Virus record (IMG/VR): IMGVR_UViG_3300045131_002121
Span: 8,855 to 72,854 of that record
Direction: 5' to 3' (one strand)
Source: a virus
Length of the DNA: 64,000 bases
Shown here in pieces: positions 19,095 to 29,571 of this stretch. Numbering within the stretch: the stretch's first letter is position 1; every line of letters starts with the position of its first letter. A program made the translations under genes and the position numbers. Below the pieces are notes generated by a model that did not search any database, was not told the origin of the DNA, and saw nothing but the letters and a program-made list of their open reading frames with translations.

Positions 19095-19976
19095 ATGCCT
19101 GGAGAATTTGACGGTGTCGTGGACTCCCTGAGCCCACAACCCACCACACGCGAACCCCTGGAGCGAGTTGAGTACCATCTCGACCAGCACATCGATCATC
19201 GCCAGGCCTCGACGCCATCGGTGGCCGAGAGCGCTGATGCCCTTGGTATCGTGACCCTGCAGTCCCCGAATCCACAGGGCATCGCACAAGAGGTTCTCCT
19301 CGCCGCGAACCAGGATGGCCTCCCCGATGGGGCCACCGTGGTCATGAAGCCCCGCGCCGTCGAGGTCCAGAGAGGGGATGGCCCCGCGAAACGTGGCAAG
19401 GGTGCCGTGATGTCCTCCCGCGATCTCGGGCTCTCCGAGCGCCCCATTCTGATCCAGACCTGTGCTGACGTCGACAAGTTTGGTGTCCCCATGAATATAG
19501 ATGGGTTCAAACCAAAGGTGTTTGCATCGGATGGCACCGCAGCGGGGTTACAGAACATCAATGCCACGCAGTCGGTGACCAGAGAGGATGGTGGTGAAGT
19601 CCGCGTCAAGGCACCCGTGGTCAAGGCGGCCGAGGAAGCCCCAGTGATGGCTGAGCGGGTGCCCCGTGCGGCCCCCGTGGCCCCAGTGGTCAGTGTACCC
19701 CCACCGAAGCCCCCACGTCGCCGCGTTGTCTTCATGCCCGCAGATGGCAGCAAGGTGCGCTCCCAGGTCGACGACATCATCATTAGCCCCAGCATCATCA
19801 TTCTGATCTATGATGCCGATGCTGAGACCATCTACGAACCCAACCCCGCGGGAGCCAAGGCTCCCCTGCAGCTCCAGATCGATGCGAACTCGTATCAGTG
19901 CATTTACGGGGGGTGGTCGGCGGAGAAGGACAACAAGCTGTATTTTGTTTTCGTCATTGTTCCCGCCGCCCAGTAG
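19095..19976 (+). CDS. Hypothetical protein (293 aa)
   Basis: AAGGA RBS; Pro-rich linker then a small beta domain. Confidence 0.65.
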   Translation: MPGEFDGVVDSLSPQPTTREPLERVEYHLDQHIDHRQASTPSVAESADALGIVTLQSPNPQGIAQEVLLAANQDGLPDGATVVMKPRAVEVQRGDGPAKRGKGAVMSSRDLGLSERPILIQTCADVDKFGVPMNIDGFKPKVFASDGTAAGLQNINATQSVTREDGGEVRVKAPVVKAAEEAPVMAERVPRAAPVAPVVSVPPPKPPRRRVVFMPADGSKVRSQVDDIIISPSIIILIYDADAETIYEPNPAGAKAPLQLQIDANSYQCIYGGWSAEKDNKLYFVFVIVPAAQ

Positions 19977-19978
19977 TC

Positions 19979-20006
19979 TTGTCCGGTTTGCTCCTCAGAG
20001 TACGCT
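19979..20006 (+). promoter_or_regulatory. Putative promoter TTGTCC-N16-TACGCT ahead of the portal operon
   Basis: Intergenic; same architecture as the other sites. Confidence 0.45.
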
Positions 20007-20039
20007 GGGACACCGCTGCTACCTAGATTGGGAACTCCT

Positions 20040-20237
20040 ATGCCACATTGCGCTGATGCCTCGACGGAACCCGTGCTCGCCGCGATCGCTGAAGACGCCG
20101 GAGCCGAGACCGCGATTCGCATGAACTCCCGTGTTTTCGCCGTTGTCGGGATAAGTGATGAGGTCGCCGCCGAGAACATCCAGCGCCTGTGTGCTCAGGC
20201 CACACTGTTACACGATTATCACCCGAGCCCACGATAA
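20040..20237 (+). CDS. Small hypothetical protein (65 aa)
   Basis: Fills the gap between the putative promoter and the portal gene; GGGA RBS-like. Confidence 0.4.
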   Translation: MPHCADASTEPVLAAIAEDAGAETAIRMNSRVFAVVGISDEVAAENIQRLCAQATLLHDYHPSPR

Positions 20238-20249
20238 GGTTCTGACCCC

Positions 20250-23105
20250 ATGGCAAATCTCAATGTCAATGGTGGGGATCGCGGCCAAGCCGTTCGTCAG
20301 CTCCATGTCCCCTGGCTCGACTATGCCTCCACGGTGATGCCCACCAACCATGAGCTCATCATGTGGTGGGCCCAGTACCTCTGGCTCACCGATGGCAACT
20401 ATCGTTCTGCTTTTGGACGTGTGATCTCCCACTTCATCACCAATGTCCAGTTCCCAGCGCTCTCCGAGAACGAGGAGTCCGAGTTCAAGGATCTCTTCCA
20501 GAAGCATCTCAATTATCAGAGAGAACTCAAAGCCGCGGGATCCGATTTCCTGTGCTTCCACGGCGACACCAAGGCGGTTACCCGGAAAGGTGTCTTCAAG
20601 CTGCGTGACCTCGCTGGCCAGACCGTGGACGTCCTCTCCCAGGGCGGCGTGTACCGCAAGGCGCACTTCAAGTCCTTTGGTCGTCAGGAGCTTCTTGAGG
20701 TTACCTTCAGCGACGGCCGCACTGTCCTGGCAACCCCGGAGCACCAGTGGATCGTGGCGAAGTCGACCGGTGGAGCCGTCAAGGTTCCAACGACCAAGCT
20801 CCAGGGCCGTCGCATCGAGCGCACCGTGGCTACACGCCCCGCTCAGGGGGATGAGTACCGGGCCGGTGTCCGGCATGGCTTCGTGTTCGGGGATGGCTCC
20901 ACATACAACAAGCACCGCAAGACTCCCCAGGGCGTCGCCAACTTCTACGGCGCCAAAGACGCCGAGATGGTGCCGTTCTTCGAGGGTTTCGGTGGTGAAC
21001 CCCGTTCCTACACCACGGCGACCGGTGGGGATCTCATCAAGATCCACGGGCTCCCCGCGGAGTGGAAACAGCTCCCGGATCCCTGCGCCAGTGCGGAATA
21101 CTGGTACGGGTTCGTGTCCGGCTTCATGGCGGCCGATGGTTCAGTGGACACCTATGGCTGCTGCATCCTGACCCAGAAGTCCAGGGCCACCCTAGAAGCC
21201 ATCGCGCTGCAGCTCCCCCGCATCGGCATGGTAGCTGGCCCCATTCGGAGCCATGCGCGCGTCGCCGATCTCTCCGAAGTCAACGGGGACCCCGAGGGGA
21301 TCTATGAAGGCGAGATAAGTTACGTGACACTGCTAAAGCAGTTCATGCAGCCGCAGGACATCCTGCTGTCGAGTCACAAGGCCAAGTTCGATTCGAGCCC
21401 GTCGTCGGCGAGTTACGGTAAGTTCATCAGGGTGACCTCTGTCAAGCCGACTGGCATCTTCGATGAGGTCTTCTGCTGCGTTGAGCACGAGACCCACAGC
21501 TTTGTCCTGGAGAACGGCGTCCTGACAGGTAACTGTTACGGCAACGTATTCCTCTCGATCTACCTACCATTCAAACGGCATCTGTCCTGCCCGCATTGCT
21601 ACTTTGAACAGCCCATCAAGCATGTCGACTACACCATTGAGCTCACCGCACAGCGTGGAGTTCGCTGGCTCCGCAAGAAGCCGTGCCCCCAGTGTGGGAA
21701 CACCCAGGACTTCGTGCTCCGGGATCGCAAGGATCCCGATATCTCCCGGATCCGGGTTCTCCGCTACTCCCCCTTTGAGATCGAGCTCGCCCAGAACTTT
21801 TGGTCGCAACGCAAGAATGTGTGGTGGCGGATCCCCAATGACTTCCGCCAGGACATCCTGTCGAAGGCGCGCATCTTCGTTGACGACACCCCCATCGAGG
21901 TCCTCGAAGCCGTCGCCGTCAATGGGCGGCTCCTCTTCGACGAAGACATGATCTATCACGTCGATGAACCCGTGATCTCAGGGATGCGGACTCGTGGCTG
22001 GGGTGTCCCCGCCTCGATCTCCAACTTCCGGACATTCTGGTTACAGCAGATCCTGAACCGCGCCGACCAAGCCATTGCTTCCGATTACACCTTGGGTCTC
22101 CGTTTGATTTCGCCGGCAATGGCGAACCAGAACGATCCCATGATCCAGCATGGCATGGATAACTTTGTTGGCGGCATGAATCGCATCATCAATGCGCATC
22201 GCGCCGAACCCATGTCGTACCACACCGCCCCGTATCCCGTGAACTACCAGTTCCTGGGTGGTGAAGGCAAGGACCTCCTGCCCGCGGACAAGTTGAAGTT
22301 CCGTCAGCAGGAATCCCTGAACCAATGCAATGTTCCACTTGAGTACCACCAGATGACTCTGACTGCTCAGGCGGCTCCGATGGCCCTGCGGCTCTTTGAA
22401 TCGGCGTGGTCGGCGGTACCCTCGATGTACACCTCGATCCTGCAATGGATCGTTAAAGTTGCGGCTCGTAACTTTGGTCTCGAGGAAACCGATGTCCGCA
22501 TCCAACGCAGTACCATCGCGGATGACCAGGAACGCAAGAACATCCTCATGCAGCTCATGGCTGCGAATCAGATCAGTCCCCAGACTGCCCTGGAACCCCT
22601 TGGGGTCCTCGCCGGTGATGAAGCCCGAAAGGTCTTCAAGCACCAAGAGTTCATCCAGGAGCTCCAGAAGGAGCAGGACGACAAGGCACTCAAGGATCAG
22701 GAGATGGGTGCTGTCAGCGCCCTCGCCGGAGCCCAGAGCCCCTCGGCGATGCTGCAGCAGCAGCAACAGGCCGCCCAGCAGCAAGGCGGCGCTGGTGCCC
22801 CGCCTCCGGGGATGCCAATGGGTGGAGCCCCAATGGGAGGGCTTCCCGCTGGCGGCGGTGCCAATGCGGGTACCCTGAGTGGCATGGCTTCCCAGGCCGA
22901 GCAGATCGCTGGTCAACTCGCCGGGATGCCGGAATGGGATCGCAAGCAGCAGCTCAAGGCGCTCAGAGAAGGCAACAAAGATCTCCATGGCCTCGTCAAG
23001 GCCAAGCTGGATGAGATTCGCCAGCAGGCGTCCTCACAGGGCCAGCAGATGCTTCTCCAGGGTGGGCAGGGAGGTCAAGCCCCTGGTGGTGGAGCTCCCC
23101 AATGA
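20250..23105 (+). CDS. Probable portal protein containing an intein and a Zn-ribbon insertion
   Basis: After splicing it reads DFL/CYGNVFLSI (portal-like D...YGN.F); also RGWGVP..I..F, CPHC/CPQC, a Q/G-rich tail and a position at the start of the head module. Confidence 0.7.
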   Translation: MANLNVNGGDRGQAVRQLHVPWLDYASTVMPTNHELIMWWAQYLWLTDGNYRSAFGRVISHFITNVQFPALSENEESEFKDLFQKHLNYQRELKAAGSDFLCFHGDTKAVTRKGVFKLRDLAGQTVDVLSQGGVYRKAHFKSFGRQELLEVTFSDGRTVLATPEHQWIVAKSTGGAVKVPTTKLQGRRIERTVATRPAQGDEYRAGVRHGFVFGDGSTYNKHRKTPQGVANFYGAKDAEMVPFFEGFGGEPRSYTTATGGDLIKIHGLPAEWKQLPDPCASAEYWYGFVSGFMAADGSVDTYGCCILTQKSRATLEAIALQLPRIGMVAGPIRSHARVADLSEVNGDPEGIYEGEISYVTLLKQFMQPQDILLSSHKAKFDSSPSSASYGKFIRVTSVKPTGIFDEVFCCVEHETHSFVLENGVLTGNCYGNVFLSIYLPFKRHLSCPHCYFEQPIKHVDYTIELTAQRGVRWLRKKPCPQCGNTQDFVLRDRKDPDISRIRVLRYSPFEIELAQNFWSQRKNVWWRIPNDFRQDILSKARIFVDDTPIEVLEAVAVNGRLLFDEDMIYHVDEPVISGMRTRGWGVPASISNFRTFWLQQILNRADQAIASDYTLGLRLISPAMANQNDPMIQHGMDNFVGGMNRIINAHRAEPMSYHTAPYPVNYQFLGGEGKDLLPADKLKFRQQESLNQCNVPLEYHQMTLTAQAAPMALRLFESAWSAVPSMYTSILQWIVKVAARNFGLEETDVRIQRSTIADDQERKNILMQLMAANQISPQTALEPLGVLAGDEARKVFKHQEFIQELQKEQDDKALKDQEMGAVSALAGAQSPSAMLQQQQQAAQQQGGAGAPPPGMPMGGAPMGGLPAGGGANAGTLSGMASQAEQIAGQLAGMPEWDRKQQLKALREGNKDLHGLVKAKLDEIRQQASSQGQQMLLQGGQGGQAPGGGAPQ
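20553..21533 (+). mobile_element. Intein with LAGLIDADG homing endonuclease (327 aa) in the portal
   Basis: Starts CFHGDTKAVT; block B ATPEHQW; GFVFGDGS and GFMAADGS motifs; ends VEHETHSFVLENGVLTGN followed by +1 Cys. Confidence 0.93.
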
Positions 23106-26100
23106 AACCCAAGGCGGAGATCAAGCGCGTCAAGAATCGACGCGCTCATTTTCCTATTGCTGAGCTCCGCAACAATACACCCAATTTCTTTGGGCATGGC
23201 AAGACACGTAAACTCGCCGCGCACTCCAGGAACCCGCATCACGACGAGGACGACGAAGACGAGAAGTCTGATACCTGGATCTGGTTAGCCGCCATTGGTG
23301 GTCTCGGCGCCGCAGGCTATCTCTGGATCAAGAACTACCCAGATAAGGCTCGAGAAGTCCTGACCTCGATAGGGGCCATGAGGATCCCTGGGCTCAGCGA
23401 TCTCGTGGATACCATTGCGGGGGGTAAGACTCCGAATCCCAAACAAGAGGAGACCGTGAAGTCTGCGGCCCAGGAGATGTTGCCAAGCCTACCAGTGGTA
23501 TCCGATAAGTTGTCGCCAGGTCTCAAGCTGGAATACACCGCACACCTTGCAGATGATGCCGACGCGAAAGATGGCGAGTTCAAGTTCTGGGAAGCTCCGC
23601 CTGCTCCAACCGGCGACCCCGCCAAGGACACCGCGGCTGCCCAGGAGTGGGTTGGGCGCAGGTACTGGGCCGCGTTGACCTATGAAGGCGGCAAGGAGAG
23701 TGGGTTGTCACGGGACCAAATCATACGGAACTATGACGCCACTGTTGGCAAGGCAGGTGAGTCGTATTCCCGAAAGGCCATAGAGGAGACCACACGTCGA
23801 GTGGTCAATACGTCTATAGCATTCAACGAGTATCGCGCATCTGGGTTACCCCCATTACTTTTTAACGTGGATCCAAAGTTGGCGGGAACCCGCGAGGGTT
23901 ATGAGCCCGGACCCCAGGCCATCCAGTCTGCGCAGGACAGCATCGGTAAGGTTGATAAGGCTGGTAAGCCGTCGACTGACATTGATCTTCTCCTTATCAG
24001 TTCTGCGCTCACGGCCTCAGCGGAATCCCTGAAGGCAAGAAGTCAGCCCTCGAACATGGCCAGAGTTGCCCAGCAGGAAATGGAGAGGGCCACAGGGCTT
24101 GGGATTAACCCGACCACGGTACTCACCGCGTTCATGTCGGATCCTAGCTCGGCACCTGCCCAAGAGTTCGTCAAGAAACTTAGAGCAGGCTTTATTGCGG
24201 ATGTCTCTAAGACAGTGGCCCAGCACAATGACACCGCGGGGGCCATGTCTCCGTTTCGCGAGCAGTTCAAGAATGTACCCCAGGACACCGAATCAGTTCT
24301 GAAAGCTGGGGTGGATACTGGAGACCTATTACGAAGTGCTTTCAACGCACATTCCACAATAATCGCGCAGATCCGGCTTCGAGATTCCCTGGCCATTGAA
24401 CAGAAGTCTGACTATATCAAAGCACAGCTCACCGCGCTGCAAAATGGGTACACCCCCGCGAAAACGGTGGCTGCATCTCTCGTCGACGCAGTCGACGTCC
24501 CCGCTGAAATAATTTCACCGTTTCTGGGCTATATCAACATTGCTTTGTCCAAGGTACTGCCCACTGACTCCTCAATGAATAGATACGAGGACTCCCAGGC
24601 TGCTATCATCCAGGATGGGCCGGATGCCGTGGTCCGCAGGGATCTCAACAAGCTCACGGAGACCTATCAGCGTGCTGTTGCGCTTTATGCCGCCGGTGAT
24701 CACGCAGGTGCCAAGAACCTCGCCAGGGCCAGTTTATCAGCTGAGGTCAAGAACGGGTCTGAGGTCGCCCAGTCCGCACTCAACTCCAATGCTGTCGGAG
24801 GTGCGGCTCAGAATACGACCTGGATGCTGTCGTCTATCGCATCGCGGAATGCAGGTTACCTGATAACCCCAGTCCTGTTATCAGGTGCCACGATCGTCGG
24901 GTTACATGGGCAATGGTCCAGTGATCCCGAGGCCTCCAAGAAACCATTTTTAAGTTACGCAGGTGAGCACGCCGATACTATCGCGGAGAGTATTGGGAAA
25001 TCGGCAAGCCAGTTCGCGACTCAGAAATACTACTGGAATAAATTGGATCCCGCGCTGCGAGAGACCCTCTCGAAGTCTGCCCCCGGCGTTAGCCAGGCCA
25101 CCCTATACCAGCGTTTTAAGGGGGCGGTAAAGGCAACTGGCGAAGCCGTGAAAAATCCAAAGAATATATTGACATACGGAAAGACCGTGTTGCAGGGGAT
25201 GGGGAATCGTGCGTCAGTTCTTGGAAGGGTGGTGACCTCAGATGCCCTCGCTGGTGCCGCGGCGCCTTCCACAGCTGCGGCTGCGAACCAGTTTGGTAAT
25301 GCACTCAGAGCTATCAGGTTGGGGGCCACCAACATAGTGGGAGCCGGGATTATTATGGAGGGTGTGGCCTCAGCGTGGGATGTCGGCAGGGTTTTGTATG
25401 CACGTGACAAATATGACGACGAACACATACAGGATATGGCACGGCTCGCGTTTGCCTATGAAGGCAAACAGGTAGGGCTGTTCGACTTTGTCACCCAGCC
25501 GGTCAATGCGGCAAAGGTATGGATGGCACGCGAGGCATATAAGGGCGAGAACCAGAGTCCACACGCTCTTGGTTATAGGAAGGGACTCGAGTGGGTGATG
25601 GAGGCCAAGCTGATCAAGTCCTCGACCGACTTTGCCAACAAAGCCGTTCTCGAAAATCCGTTGTTTTCCACACTTCCAGGTGATCTCCAGCTCCAGCTCG
25701 CCAGACGGGTTGGGAGTAACGTGTATGACGATGCACGTTCGAGTGTAGAACATCTATTTGATGAAACCAATTACATTCGCCCCGAGTTCCTGGAACCCGG
25801 TGGGCGGGTCTCCAAGATACTTGATAATAGTGTTGTCGAGGCATCGGGCTCAAACATGAAGCGAGGACCAACCCCAGAAGGCCTCGATAAATCTGTATGG
25901 GATCAACACTGGCAGCCCGCGGGAAACATGACGAACTTTCAGCGCATCTTAGGTGACGAGGGGTTCAAGCAGGTCGTCGAGGCTACTGCAACAGTTACCA
26001 GGGCGAGACTACACGACACGATCAAGGATGCGTTTGAAACTCATCCACATCTCCGTGGACTCCCTGCACCCACCAAGGAAGCCATGTTATCGCGGGCCTA

Positions 26101-28846
26101 CAATCGGCAGATCATAGGTCTTGATAATTCACTGAAACAGATGCTTAGCGCGCAGACCCCAGACGACCTAAATGTCAGTGCTGCGCTTGTCGCCAAGTTC
26201 GTTGAACCCATTGGGGACCGCATCAATGATTTCAGCGCGCAGCCGACCTCAGAGGGATTCCGCACCGCGCTGAGCAAGTATGATCCCAGGTACTCTGATC
26301 TCAACGCGGCCACAGGGGATCCGAACTCCATTGCGGATCGCACTGATAAGTTCCTGGAGGGCGTACTGGCGCCAGAGGACATCGAGTATCTCAAGAGCCC
26401 TGAAGTCGAGAAGGCTATTGAAGCCAACACCGGGATGTCTTTTGACCAACGCATAGCCAACTACCGTGCTGAGATCAACGGGGGTTCGGATACCGCACCG
26501 ATGACCCCAGAAGCCAGGCAGGGTATTCGGGACGCCAACTTAGTCGAACACATGAAGGCAACTGACCCCAATCTGCTATCAACCTATGTTGGGGGTGACA
26601 CCCTGGACTCAACGTACACCCTAGGTGGTAAGTCTTATGGCGGTGGGCAGGAGTACCGGGATTGGGGGTTGGCCTCTATGGGCATCCTGTCGACCCCGAA
26701 GACATCGCTGTCCACGTTACGTGCTCAGATCGACAAGAAAATCGATACCGTAAAAGGCGAGGTCCTCAAGCAATTCGGGATTCAGGATAAGAATCCTGAT
26801 GTCGCCGATGCCAGGCTTCGAGCCACGCTGTCCGAGATGGATTCCAATGAGATCGCAGGGATACCGAGTCTGAAGGATCTCGCCAGCCTCAATAACCTAC
26901 GGAATCGGCTTGCTAATGATCCACGCGCCGTTTTAGGACATAATGCTAACCTGGGGATACCTGGACAGGGGAGCACAGAGTTCATCAACCCAGACGCCGC
27001 CCAGGACCTCATGTCGGAGTACGGCAAGGTGTACGGGATGGATGAAGTAGACCCAGGGGTATCCCAGGGCAGCTACTACGTGGATCCCGAGACTGGGCTC
27101 CGTACTGAGGTCACCGCAAAGAATCCAGCCCCACAAGGCGTCCAGGTGGTAAATCGAGGGGTTGATTACGCATCCTTGATCCCCAACGCGGCGGCCCCAA
27201 ATGCTCGGAATCGTGAGTATTATTATAGCCCCAACCCCACGAGCATGCGGATCACCAAGATTCCGGCAGCGGGCGTCAATAGCGGTTTCAGGTACAAGAC
27301 TCCAATCGAGGACCCCGCGACCACGGCGACGTGGTATCAGCGCGCAGTCAACGAGCACCCCGAGTTCTTCGCTGGGCGTGGGGCTTATGCAGCACAGACC
27401 CGTGAGAACATGGTCACCGCTGAACGTAATCGCAGGCTGCAGGCCAGTCACGTTGTCCCCGACAAAAACGAAGAGATCCCGGCCTATATCCATGGACCCA
27501 ACGGCGAAGTCATGACTTCCCAACAAGTCGAAGGGGCTTCCAAACCGGTGACCTGGGGGGATACCTATGCGGATATGCAAAAGTACCCCGAGAGGTACAA
27601 ACAGTATATCCCCGAGAAACTGACTTCCCTTCGGAAGCCAGTTACTCCTGCCACACCACCTCTAGTGGGTGCTGCGAAATCCGCACCAGTTCCCCTAGTC
27701 CAAGAACCCGCTAAGGTCGATCCTCTGCAGGAGAATCCAGTGAAACCTGTTGCGCCAATAATGAAAAAGACCAATGCTGTCGCATCGATCTGGGCACGGG
27801 GGTGTAAGCTCGCCGTAGAAGGTGCCGTGACACCGACCCAGGCTCCGAATCTGGATAACTCAAAGCCTAACAGATACTCGCCCAGTGCCTGGGAAAAGGC
27901 GGGTAACAATCTAGGAAAGTTATTTGAAACGATGCTGCCTGGCCGGACCTCCCAACCTGACCAGACACCAGTGGCCCCCAAATCATCTGTGCCTACACAA
28001 GGCGCAGAACAGTCACTGCCTCAAAACTCTGGTGTACTCCAGTCGAGTACGCAGTCTCAGGTCGCAGACGCGCGCCATAAGGCCGACGAAGCTAGGCGGA
28101 GGGATGCAGCGCAAACCAATGGGCAGGTGGGTGTGCAGGACGCAACAGCACAGGATGTAGTCACGGAAAACCAGACTACGAATCCTACCGCTACTCCCAC
28201 AGATAACCCAGACGCTGCGAAAAAACCGCCTTCGACCTGGGATCAGGTCAAGGCTACCGCGCAAGACGGTATGGACTGGGCTCAGAAATATAATCTCGAT
28301 ATCGCTGCGATCCCCGTGGGACTCGGACTCATGCTCATGGGTGGCAAGGCTGGTGCCATCATGGGTGCACTTATCATGGGTGGGGGTGCCTATGGGGTTT
28401 ATCAACGATATCAGTCATTGAATAACGCTGGGGGTGAGATCAAGTTTACGGATCCGAAGATACTTGCAGCCATCAAGGAAAATCCAAAGCTCGAGGATGA
28501 CCTGAGGGCCAAAGAGGTCGAACGCCGTCTTGATGTCATGCGGCAGGCGTCTGAGGATGAGGAAAAATGGCAGAAATGGATGAGTGTTCCTGATAACTCT
28601 AAGTTTTTCAGCAATCTAAAACTGGCGCATGATTGGCTTCCCAGCTTTGTGCAGTCCCGTGTTCAAGCCTCGGACAAGAACCTAAGTGATATAAACTCCA
28701 ACCAGTACCAGTATGTGATGTCTTATATGACTGGGGGTAGACTCGGTAAGCCAGTGCATAACACGACTGACAAGGCTGATTTGATGAAGCGTGTGGCCAA
28801 GAAAAGAAGTCCTCTCCTATCTGCGTTCATGGGGAACACGCAATGA
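23102..28846 (+). CDS. Very large helical protein (1914 aa) with several hydrophobic segments; probable internal virion/ejected protein
   Basis: KLA site then an acidic patch and TM WIWLAAIGGLGAAGYLW; second KLA near aa 1575; Gly-rich TM pair near the C-terminus; located between portal and RNAP. Confidence 0.6.
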   Translation: MKPKAEIKRVKNRRAHFPIAELRNNTPNFFGHGKTRKLAAHSRNPHHDEDDEDEKSDTWIWLAAIGGLGAAGYLWIKNYPDKAREVLTSIGAMRIPGLSDLVDTIAGGKTPNPKQEETVKSAAQEMLPSLPVVSDKLSPGLKLEYTAHLADDADAKDGEFKFWEAPPAPTGDPAKDTAAAQEWVGRRYWAALTYEGGKESGLSRDQIIRNYDATVGKAGESYSRKAIEETTRRVVNTSIAFNEYRASGLPPLLFNVDPKLAGTREGYEPGPQAIQSAQDSIGKVDKAGKPSTDIDLLLISSALTASAESLKARSQPSNMARVAQQEMERATGLGINPTTVLTAFMSDPSSAPAQEFVKKLRAGFIADVSKTVAQHNDTAGAMSPFREQFKNVPQDTESVLKAGVDTGDLLRSAFNAHSTIIAQIRLRDSLAIEQKSDYIKAQLTALQNGYTPAKTVAASLVDAVDVPAEIISPFLGYINIALSKVLPTDSSMNRYEDSQAAIIQDGPDAVVRRDLNKLTETYQRAVALYAAGDHAGAKNLARASLSAEVKNGSEVAQSALNSNAVGGAAQNTTWMLSSIASRNAGYLITPVLLSGATIVGLHGQWSSDPEASKKPFLSYAGEHADTIAESIGKSASQFATQKYYWNKLDPALRETLSKSAPGVSQATLYQRFKGAVKATGEAVKNPKNILTYGKTVLQGMGNRASVLGRVVTSDALAGAAAPSTAAAANQFGNALRAIRLGATNIVGAGIIMEGVASAWDVGRVLYARDKYDDEHIQDMARLAFAYEGKQVGLFDFVTQPVNAAKVWMAREAYKGENQSPHALGYRKGLEWVMEAKLIKSSTDFANKAVLENPLFSTLPGDLQLQLARRVGSNVYDDARSSVEHLFDETNYIRPEFLEPGGRVSKILDNSVVEASGSNMKRGPTPEGLDKSVWDQHWQPAGNMTNFQRILGDEGFKQVVEATATVTRARLHDTIKDAFETHPHLRGLPAPTKEAMLSRAYNRQIIGLDNSLKQMLSAQTPDDLNVSAALVAKFVEPIGDRINDFSAQPTSEGFRTALSKYDPRYSDLNAATGDPNSIADRTDKFLEGVLAPEDIEYLKSPEVEKAIEANTGMSFDQRIANYRAEINGGSDTAPMTPEARQGIRDANLVEHMKATDPNLLSTYVGGDTLDSTYTLGGKSYGGGQEYRDWGLASMGILSTPKTSLSTLRAQIDKKIDTVKGEVLKQFGIQDKNPDVADARLRATLSEMDSNEIAGIPSLKDLASLNNLRNRLANDPRAVLGHNANLGIPGQGSTEFINPDAAQDLMSEYGKVYGMDEVDPGVSQGSYYVDPETGLRTEVTAKNPAPQGVQVVNRGVDYASLIPNAAAPNARNREYYYSPNPTSMRITKIPAAGVNSGFRYKTPIEDPATTATWYQRAVNEHPEFFAGRGAYAAQTRENMVTAERNRRLQASHVVPDKNEEIPAYIHGPNGEVMTSQQVEGASKPVTWGDTYADMQKYPERYKQYIPEKLTSLRKPVTPATPPLVGAAKSAPVPLVQEPAKVDPLQENPVKPVAPIMKKTNAVASIWARGCKLAVEGAVTPTQAPNLDNSKPNRYSPSAWEKAGNNLGKLFETMLPGRTSQPDQTPVAPKSSVPTQGAEQSLPQNSGVLQSSTQSQVADARHKADEARRRDAAQTNGQVGVQDATAQDVVTENQTTNPTATPTDNPDAAKKPPSTWDQVKATAQDGMDWAQKYNLDIAAIPVGLGLMLMGGKAGAIMGALIMGGGAYGVYQRYQSLNNAGGEIKFTDPKILAAIKENPKLEDDLRAKEVERRLDVMRQASEDEEKWQKWMSVPDNSKFFSNLKLAHDWLPSFVQSRVQASDKNLSDINSNQYQYVMSYMTGGRLGKPVHNTTDKADLMKRVAKKRSPLLSAFMGNTQ

Positions 28847-29571
28847 CGATGGAATCCGCAGCAGCGATGATCGCGGTGAGCGACGCCAAGGACAGGGTCT
28901 TCATGGACCCCTCGTTGAATCTATGGGATAAGGTCAAGAGCATTGAGATCATTGATCGTGCCGCGGCGCAACAGCCGGCATCGAAACCATGGATCACACC
29001 CACTCAGGTCATGCAGGGTGCCATTGGTGCCGGAGTAGGTCTTGGCATCGGTGCCATTGCTGCGAGATGGTTGGGTGTCAGTGATTCCACGGCATCCACA
29101 ATGAAAACTTTTGGTGCCGGACTCGGTACTCTCCTCAACATGAAAACTGGAACGGAGGCCGCGAAAATGAAGCCGGCAGAACTCATAAAACTCGCCATTG
29201 AACGAGATGTCCGCAACGCGGTCAGGCTGGGATTCCTCGAGGGCGCCCGGGCATCGGGGCTCATTGATCACGAGGGGTTCTGCAAGACAGGTCATGTCAA
29301 AGAAGCCGCATCATTTCTTGTCGACCCCACCCTGATCACGGCCCCAATCAAGGGCATTACCGCGGCGTCTTCGGGCATCTACGGTGGTGCTGGTACCATG
29401 ATGGGTCACGTCCTCGGCGAAGATGACGCCGACGAAGACATCGAGCGCACCATGGTGGAGAAGCGGCTTCTCGAGCAGAAAGCGGATCAGTTGAAGTCGC
29501 AGCGCACAAACCGTATCCTGTCAGCCATCCTGGCCAAACGTACGGCACCCAAACATTCGACGAGGTTCTAA
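28843..29571 (+). CDS. Gly-zipper membrane protein (242 aa)
   Basis: GAIGAGVGLGIGAIAARWLG; internal KLA and KEA sites; ATGA overlap. Confidence 0.65.
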   Translation: MTMESAAAMIAVSDAKDRVFMDPSLNLWDKVKSIEIIDRAAAQQPASKPWITPTQVMQGAIGAGVGLGIGAIAARWLGVSDSTASTMKTFGAGLGTLLNMKTGTEAAKMKPAELIKLAIERDVRNAVRLGFLEGARASGLIDHEGFCKTGHVKEAASFLVDPTLITAPIKGITAASSGIYGGAGTMMGHVLGEDDADEDIERTMVEKRLLEQKADQLKSQRTNRILSAILAKRTAPKHSTRF

